DNA of 21,253 bases from a bacterium (GTDB taxonomy: Bacteria; Babelota; Babeliae; Babelales; RVW-14), in NCBI GenBank assembly GCA_043822925.1, contig JBDRBF010000084.1, positions 1-21,253 on the forward strand. Reading direction: 5' to 3'. The notes under the pieces are model-generated. The model saw only the letters and a list, made by a program, of their open reading frames with translations. It had not been told where the DNA came from and did no database searches. Positions 15,355 through 21,253 of this stretch are shown here, in pieces. Each line of letters begins with the position of its first letter. Within the stretch, counting starts at the first letter, position 1. The position numbers were made by a program, and so were the translations under genes.

Positions 15355-17856
15355 ATGTTTTGTTGCAAATTAAACGGATTTAGAATGAAGAGGGTTTCGA
15401 GGTTATTGATTGTTGTTGGGGTTGTTGGTTTTTTTGCGACACATAGTTTTTGTGGTGGCGAAGAAAAAGAGTCTCAAGAGTCTGCTTTATCACAAGATAG
15501 TGGGGGGCACGATTTTCTCGATACAAAAGAGGGGAAAAAGAGTTCGTATACTATTAAAAATATTATAGTCGAAGGTACCAAGTATACAAAAGAGGCGCTT
15601 GTTTTAAATAGTATTCCCTATAAAAAAGGCGATATTTTTGATGTGTTAAAAAGTGCTGAAGCGATTGATAATCTGTATGCTCTTGGTCATTATAATCAAA
15701 TTCGTATTGAAGGCGAAAAGCTGAGTAGTTCTGATATGAATTTATATGTTGTCGTTGAAGAGAAAAAGCTTCTTGCAGATCTTAAGATTTCTGGTAACAG
15801 AAAGATATCGACAAAAAAAATCAAAGAACAGTTAAATCTTGAAAATTTAAAAGCAATTGACGATGAAGTTTTGCGTCAAATTGCTCTTTCTATTAAAAAA
15901 ATATACAAAGAAGAGAACAGGCACTTTGTCGGGGTAAACACAAAGCTTATACCAGATAAAGAAAACCCAGATAAAGTAGTAGCCGAAGTTAAGGTTACTG
16001 AGGGTGCCTCTTCTTCTATTGCGCGTGTCCATTTTGTTGGAAATAAGCATTTACCAGATAGAGTCTTGAGAAATAAGATTTTTACACGGGAAAATTGGTT
16101 ACTCAGTTTTACAGATGGCGCCGGCGTGTATAAAGACAGTGAGCTGGATCTAGATAAGCATCGTATTATTTATCAGTATAAAGATCTTGGTTATCTCATG
16201 GCTAAAATAACAAAAACTGATGTAAAATTTTCAAAAGATAAAAAGAAAGTTGATATTACGTTTCATATTCAAGAAGGAGCTCGTTATATAATTAATAGCG
16301 TTAAAGCTCCAGGCGACGAGATATTTACAGAAGACGAAATTAAGCCTTTACTAGGACTGGAAGAAGGTAAGCCATATTCTCAAGGTAAAATTATAGCGAC
16401 GTTGAGCCGGTTACGTGATTTGTGGGGTATAAAGGGATACATCTATGCAGATGTCTATCCAGAAGTAAAGCCTGATGAAAAAACAAAAAAAGTGGATATT
16501 ACTTTTAATGTTGATCGTGGCAATAAGATGTACGCTAACCGTATTATTATATCTGGAAATACGATTACGCGAGATAAAGTTATTCGTCGTCGTATAGATA
16601 TTGTTGAAGGAGATTTAATTACGACGCCAAAAATGCGAAATTCGCAATCAAGCGTTGAATATTTAAGTTTCTTTAAACGAGATGGCGTTAACTGGAAAAT
16701 GCATCGTATAGATGATACAACAGCAGATCTTGAAATGAATGTTCAAGAAGATAAAACTGGTTCATTAAATTTTCAACTTTCTTACGGTACTGATCGTTAT
16801 AATCCAAGAAGATCAATAAAGGGGATGATCAGCGTAGAAAAACGTAATTTGTTTGGTCTGGGCTGGGATGCTGGCGGATTAATTGAAGCAAGTAGGCATC
16901 GTCTTAAACGTATAGAATCACACTTTTTTGATCCAAGTATTTTGGATAGTGATGTATCTGGAGCATTTAGTTTTTATAAGCGATGGGATGAATACGATCA
17001 ATGGCGTAACGTATCTCCTGCGCCGTTGCAAAAAGTTCTTGGTGTTTCAACTAAGTTTGGGTTTCAGTTGCCTCAAATAGATCCACGCTTACAGCTTATT
17101 TTGGGTGTAGGTATTGAAGATATTCGCAATAATCACCCACATGCTATTGGTGATTTAAGAAATATATTTGAGCCAATAGTTCGCCGTACTTTCCAAACAG
17201 GTTTTTATGACTGGGTCAGTGCAGAGCTTATAAAAGATACGCGTAATCATCAAGTTTATCCAAATCAGGGCTACAAAGTTGAACTCATAACCAGAGCTGC
17301 GTTACCTGTTATTAATCGTGAATTCGGATTCTTTAATATAGAAGCAGCACTCAGTACATATATGGCTTTGATTGGTTCTGATAGTCTCGTGCTGGCTAAC
17401 CGTGTAAAAATTGGCCGTATAGATTCTTTTGGTGGTAAGAATAAACATAATCAAAATTTTGCGGTGCCATATAAAGAGTTGTACCACATGGGCGGCCAGG
17501 GGACTATCCGTGGACATACATGGGGTGGCGTTGGGCCTGCTTGGGTGACTGGTGAGCCTCTTGGTGCTAAAAATATGATCCAGTGGAACACTGAGCTTAT
17601 TTTTCCATTAATTCCAGATTATTCTATGAAGGCACATTTATTCTATGACGCTGGTGCTGGCTGGAGTACCCCTTTATATAGCCAAGATGAGAATAAGTAT
17701 GTTAAGCGAAATAATTTTGATCTTCGTCACTCTGTTGGTTTTGGTATTAACTTGATGAAACCGATTCCAGCTAAGATTGATTGGGGATTTAAGCTTGATC
17801 GTAAACGGGGCGAATCGCCACATGAGTTTCATCTGGATATGAATTACGCCTGGTAA
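15355..17856 (+). CDS. bamA: Outer membrane protein assembly factor BamA (Omp85)
   Basis: Signal peptide; POTRA-type segments (IKNIIVEG, LKISGN, VHFVGN, IIISGNTITRDKVIRR); TGSLNF at the barrel start; RNLFGLG; DTRNHQVYPNQG; GGQGTIRGH (loop 6); FYDAG; C-terminal MNYAW. AAGGAG at 15339-15344. The start may be 15349, 15355 or 15385. Confidence 0.95.
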   Translation: MFCCKLNGFRMKRVSRLLIVVGVVGFFATHSFCGGEEKESQESALSQDSGGHDFLDTKEGKKSSYTIKNIIVEGTKYTKEALVLNSIPYKKGDIFDVLKSAEAIDNLYALGHYNQIRIEGEKLSSSDMNLYVVVEEKKLLADLKISGNRKISTKKIKEQLNLENLKAIDDEVLRQIALSIKKIYKEENRHFVGVNTKLIPDKENPDKVVAEVKVTEGASSSIARVHFVGNKHLPDRVLRNKIFTRENWLLSFTDGAGVYKDSELDLDKHRIIYQYKDLGYLMAKITKTDVKFSKDKKKVDITFHIQEGARYIINSVKAPGDEIFTEDEIKPLLGLEEGKPYSQGKIIATLSRLRDLWGIKGYIYADVYPEVKPDEKTKKVDITFNVDRGNKMYANRIIISGNTITRDKVIRRRIDIVEGDLITTPKMRNSQSSVEYLSFFKRDGVNWKMHRIDDTTADLEMNVQEDKTGSLNFQLSYGTDRYNPRRSIKGMISVEKRNLFGLGWDAGGLIEASRHRLKRIESHFFDPSILDSDVSGAFSFYKRWDEYDQWRNVSPAPLQKVLGVSTKFGFQLPQIDPRLQLILGVGIEDIRNNHPHAIGDLRNIFEPIVRRTFQTGFYDWVSAELIKDTRNHQVYPNQGYKVELITRAALPVINREFGFFNIEAALSTYMALIGSDSLVLANRVKIGRIDSFGGKNKHNQNFAVPYKELYHMGGQGTIRGHTWGGVGPAWVTGEPLGAKNMIQWNTELIFPLIPDYSMKAHLFYDAGAGWSTPLYSQDENKYVKRNNFDLRHSVGFGINLMKPIPAKIDWGFKLDRKRGESPHEFHLDMNYAW

Positions 17857-17882
17857 GAGTTTCTGTTATTGATGAGCCTAAA

Positions 17883-17924
17883 AACAAAAAGAGCGTCGGT
17901 TTTTAAACCGACGCTCTTTTTGTT
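17883..17924 (+). terminator. Intrinsic terminator of bamA
   Basis: Perfect inverted repeat AACAAAAAGAGCGTCGGTTT-TT-AAACCGACGCTCTTTTTGTT, with a U-tract on both strands. Confidence 0.9.
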
Positions 17925-18141
17925 AAAAACGAATTTAATGTGTAACATTTTGTGGCTTATTTCTAGGGGGACCCGTAAAAAAACTATAATAAATAGGTTT
18001 TGTTAGCCAAATAAGCTGTTTGCGCTTGTTTGAATGTGTTATTTGTGTTAATATTATTGCTATCTGTATTTTTATGTATTGTTTTTTATTGTTCTAAAAA
18101 ATGGTGTTCTGTAATTTTTCTTAAATGTGAGAGGTTATATC

Positions 18142-19881
18142 ATGAAAAAGTTTTTATTTATTTCAGTGCTTAGTCTTGTTTTATATACAAGCACAGGGCT
18201 TGATGTTTCTGCCATGCAAAATAATAGTGATGGTAATGCTATGCACGGCGATAAGCCGAGTAAGCATGAAAAGAAAGGCAAAAAGCATAAGAGTGAAGAG
18301 AAAAAAGAGCATTCAGAAAAGAAAAGACGAAAAAAATCTAAAAAGTGTGAAATTTGTCACTTGGTGCGAGATGGTGAGTTGGTAGAAACTGTTTTGCAAT
18401 GTTTCAAGCAAAATCCAGAAACAGAGAAAAATAAAGAACATTTTGTTCATAGCACTTGTCTGCAGTCATATACCCTGGGAAAAAAAGAATTTATAGCTCA
18501 GCATACAACGCCGGTTGTGGGGTGGCATTATGCTCCGTGTCCAGCGCATGTTGGTGGTGTCGAAAAGCTATGCGATGGCCAGCTACATATGGAAGAGGAC
18601 AGTGAGCAAATCGTACCGGTTTGTTCATTTTGTCGACTATCTGAAGAAGATAGCGTTCGCTTAAAGTCAATGCCGAATGAAAAATTTGAAGACCCGTGCT
18701 CGTGTTGTGGATGCAAGAGTGCCGTTCATTTTTCTTGTCTTGTAGTATGGATTGATCAATTGATAAAAAGAGGGGCAGAGGCTTGTTGTTCGTCAGTGCA
18801 GTGTCGTACAATAACTGATTGGGCACAGCGAATGAAATTGGCACAACAGGTAATTGGAAGAATTGAAAAAGTTTTGGGTGGACAGGGGCCGGAAAAAGAA
18901 ATGATGAAAGCCTATTTGCAAGATATCATTTTTAATAAAACCAAAGAAATGTCTGGTGCCGCGGGATTTTTATTGTATGCATATTTTGTAAGTGGCGGGC
19001 GGCTCAATACCCAGCTTACTGCTTTTTTTGAAGCTTTAAGGTTGGATGATTTGGATAAGTTTTTATTTGCGATGAATGGGTTGTTCGAATACGTTGGTAA
19101 ACGCATTAATAACGGCGATTTGCGGCCAATTTTGTTTTTGCAAAAAGAACAGGTAACGATTTATGACTTTTTTCTTGATTTTTACTCCCGCGATCAAGTT
19201 CGGATCTGCGAGGCGCTTCTATTTGCTCTTGAGGGAGAAAAACAGGAGATAATTGATTTTTTAATGGGCAATGAGTCTATTAAAAATGCGTTAGTGAATT
19301 ATTGTGAGCAGGATGGTGAGCAGGCATCTAGTATTTTGGGCGCTGCGCTTTGTGTCGGCAATACAGTATTTATAGATTTTGTGATTAATAATGAGACAAT
19401 AAAAATAGCAATTACTACTTATTTGGAGAGCAATGGCCAGATGGCATCGGCAATTTTAAGAGATGCTTTTTGTGCAAAAAAATTAGAGCTAGTTGATTTT
19501 TTGATGAGCAATAAGGCTATAGAAAGCGCGATGGCGAATTATTTGGAGGATGATGGCGATATGGCATCTGATATCTTGAGGTTTGCGCTTTATAAGAATA
19601 AAACAGAACTTGTTAGCCTTTTGATGAGCGAAAAGACAAAGTTAGAAATGCTTAATTATTGTAAACAAGATGCAAAGAGGGCGTTTGATCTTTTGTTCTA
19701 TGCGATTGGGGCTGAATGTACAAATGTTGTCGAATTATTAATAAAGAGTTCTATTTTTTTAAATCGAGACGATCTTGAAAAGATTTACAAAACTGCTGAT
19801 AAAATGCGAGATGCTGAAAAGAAAACTCAGATAAAAGCATTGATACAAGAGCGCATAAAACAGATCGATGGTAATTTGTGA
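18142..19881 (+). CDS. Secreted tandem RING-finger (RING-H2-like + RING-CH/RINGv-like) protein with an NLS-like segment and 40-aa helical repeats; candidate E3 ligase effector
   Basis: GAGG RBS. Signal peptide ending VSA-M; KKRRKKSKK; CEIC...C...HFVHSTCL...CP...C; CSFC...PCSCCGCKSAVHFSCLVVW...CCSSVQC; five C-terminal repeats. Confidence 0.75.
   Translation: MKKFLFISVLSLVLYTSTGLDVSAMQNNSDGNAMHGDKPSKHEKKGKKHKSEEKKEHSEKKRRKKSKKCEICHLVRDGELVETVLQCFKQNPETEKNKEHFVHSTCLQSYTLGKKEFIAQHTTPVVGWHYAPCPAHVGGVEKLCDGQLHMEEDSEQIVPVCSFCRLSEEDSVRLKSMPNEKFEDPCSCCGCKSAVHFSCLVVWIDQLIKRGAEACCSSVQCRTITDWAQRMKLAQQVIGRIEKVLGGQGPEKEMMKAYLQDIIFNKTKEMSGAAGFLLYAYFVSGGRLNTQLTAFFEALRLDDLDKFLFAMNGLFEYVGKRINNGDLRPILFLQKEQVTIYDFFLDFYSRDQVRICEALLFALEGEKQEIIDFLMGNESIKNALVNYCEQDGEQASSILGAALCVGNTVFIDFVINNETIKIAITTYLESNGQMASAILRDAFCAKKLELVDFLMSNKAIESAMANYLEDDGDMASDILRFALYKNKTELVSLLMSEKTKLEMLNYCKQDAKRAFDLLFYAIGAECTNVVELLIKSSIFLNRDDLEKIYKTADKMRDAEKKTQIKALIQERIKQIDGNL
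19192..19743 (+). repeat. Degenerate 120-bp (40-aa) intragenic tandem repeats, ankyrin-like
   Basis: Units start at 19192, 19312, 19432, 19552 and 19669, e.g. DGEQASSILGAAL..., NGQMASAILRDAF..., DGDMASDILRFAL... Confidence 0.85.
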
Positions 19882-19945
19882 TTCTAATTAAGAAAAAGAG
19901 TACCAACGCGTATAGTTGTTAAAATTAAAAATTATAGTCGAAGTT

Positions 19946-19983
19946 AAAAAAAAAGGCCGGGGAATTCCTGGCCCTTTTTTTTT
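19946..19983 (+). terminator. Intrinsic terminator after the RING protein gene
   Basis: A9-GGCCGGG-GAATT-CCTGGCC-C-T9 (one G-U pair in the stem). Confidence 0.85.
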
Positions 19984-20120
19984 AAATATATGGCTTTTTT
20001 GCTTGAGAAGCGCTTTTTCTTATGTTAGAGTTTGCAGCTCTTTGTAGCTGCTTATTATAAAGAATTAGTTGTTTTATTGTGTGAGAAATTGGCCTGTTTT
20101 TATGTATCGGAGAAGATATC

Positions 20121-20996
20121 GTGAAAAGTATTTTTAAGAACGTGTTATTTGTCGTTTTGTGTTCTTTTGTTTTATTAGGATCCGGTGCTTTGCTTGCTAT
20201 AAAAAGAGATATTACTCCTGAGGCTTTAGCCCTCTCCTTCTTTTCAACTAAGAAACAGGCCACAGCGATGGTTCAGGAAGCTTTTACTAAAGAAGATTAT
20301 GATGTAATTGATCATTTAATGAGTAGCTTTTTGTTTAGAGATTGTCTTATTGCCGCTGTAAATGTTTTGGGTGATGATGGCGAAGTGGCTTTTAATGCTC
20401 TTAAGTGGGCGGTTGAAAGAGGTGATCAGGTAGCTCAGGATTTGCTTTTGGAGGATGAAGATGCTCGATTGGCGATAGAAAGTTTTTGTAATTCGAACTG
20501 TGTATCAGAGGATGTTGAGGATATTGATGAAATTTATAATGCTGGGCGTGCATATGAACTATTGTGTTTAGCAAGAGAGAAGAAAAATAAAAAGATTGAG
20601 TCCTTAGTGTTTGAATTTTGTTGTAGTTTGAGCGGTGGATCTGATAAGGCAGTATACGTTATTGTGAGTGAGTCAATTGAGAAAAATAATATCGATATGT
20701 TTAAGTTTTTAAAGTCCTATAGCTGTGTTCGAGAAATGTTACAATTTTATTTTTGTGGTAATCAAGATTGTGCGGTTGAGATTTGTCTCAGGGCTATCGA
20801 ACAAGCTAATTTCGGAGCACTCGAGTATATTTTCTCTCTTAAAGATGTTGTTTATTTAGATAAAGATTTTAGGGCGATGATTGCTAAGGCTAAAGATTTA
20901 CAGGTTGTCGCTGAAGAAAAAGTTTTGAAAATTATTAAACGTATTCGTCTTCAAGCGTGTAGACAAATGTTAATGCAAGCTCGGACAGGAAAGTAG
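20121..20996 (+). CDS. Secreted ankyrin-like helical-repeat protein, probable paralog of the C-terminal half of the upstream gene
   Basis: GGAG at 20109-20112 before the GTG start; signal peptide. Repeats DDGEVAFNALKWAVERGDQVAQDLLL and NQDCAVEICLRAIEQANFGALEYIF resemble the 40-aa units upstream. Confidence 0.65.
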   Translation: MKSIFKNVLFVVLCSFVLLGSGALLAIKRDITPEALALSFFSTKKQATAMVQEAFTKEDYDVIDHLMSSFLFRDCLIAAVNVLGDDGEVAFNALKWAVERGDQVAQDLLLEDEDARLAIESFCNSNCVSEDVEDIDEIYNAGRAYELLCLAREKKNKKIESLVFEFCCSLSGGSDKAVYVIVSESIEKNNIDMFKFLKSYSCVREMLQFYFCGNQDCAVEICLRAIEQANFGALEYIFSLKDVVYLDKDFRAMIAKAKDLQVVAEEKVLKIIKRIRLQACRQMLMQARTGK

Positions 20997-21034
20997 ATTC
21001 TCTGCCTTTTTTGTTTTGCTTATTTAGTTGAGTG

Positions 21035-21253
21035 TTAAATTTTTGAGTTATCTTCTGTTAGCCAGGCGATCGTATTATTGTGAATAATTTTTAGTCCTAC
21101 GGCTTGGTATTCAAGCATTTTGGTTGGACGAGATACCCAGTTAATAATATCTTCTTCCCGTAATAAAAACCCAAAATTGGCGCAAGACAAATATTCATAT
21201 AATTGTTCTTGGCGCACTGAGATAATTTTGTATGCTGTCTTTGGTAAATTGTG
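21035..21253 (-). CDS. Glycosyltransferase family 4, C-terminal fragment (5' end outside the window)
   Basis: The frame is open to the window edge (HNLPKTAYKIISVRQEQ...). GFLLRE...SRPTKMLEYQAVGLKII matches the GT4-type PxKxxEYxAxG motif. Confidence 0.75.
   Translation of the reverse strand, partial: HNLPKTAYKIISVRQEQLYEYLSCANFGFLLREEDIINWVSRPTKMLEYQAVGLKIIHNNTIAWLTEDNSKI

Noticed and set aside
19982-20263. 93-aa minus-strand ORF
   Set aside because: It overlaps the RBS and signal-peptide region of the better-supported plus-strand gene 20121-20996 and has no motifs.

Overview
AT-rich bacterial chromosomal segment. Its gene content suggests a host-associated diderm bacterium, probably Dependentiae/Babeliota (TM6)-like; this is an inference, not a database result. 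Housekeeping and transport genes: adk, a K+-dependent membrane pyrophosphatase (hppA family, with Na+-PPase-type signatures), a solitary bioY, an APC amino-acid permease, gpmI, rsmE, tsaB, bamA and the 3' end of a GT4 glycosyltransferase. Between them lie several orphan proteins with signal peptides, including ankyrin-like helical-repeat proteins and a tandem-RING protein with an NLS-like segment. Main observations: (1) Adk carries an N-terminal lipoprotein-type signal peptide plus an internal AGGAG-preceded ATG, which suggests exported and cytoplasmic isoforms, and it sits directly downstream of the PPase. (2) A 28-bp GACA-tagged palindromic repeat family has five same-strand copies with covarying stems; one is inserted in-frame in gpmI (CHPELVSGS) and one carries a second element nested in its loop. 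(3) There is a candidate secreted RING-H2/RING-CH E3-ligase effector with 40-aa repeats. No rRNA, tRNA, CRISPR array or transposase was recognised.
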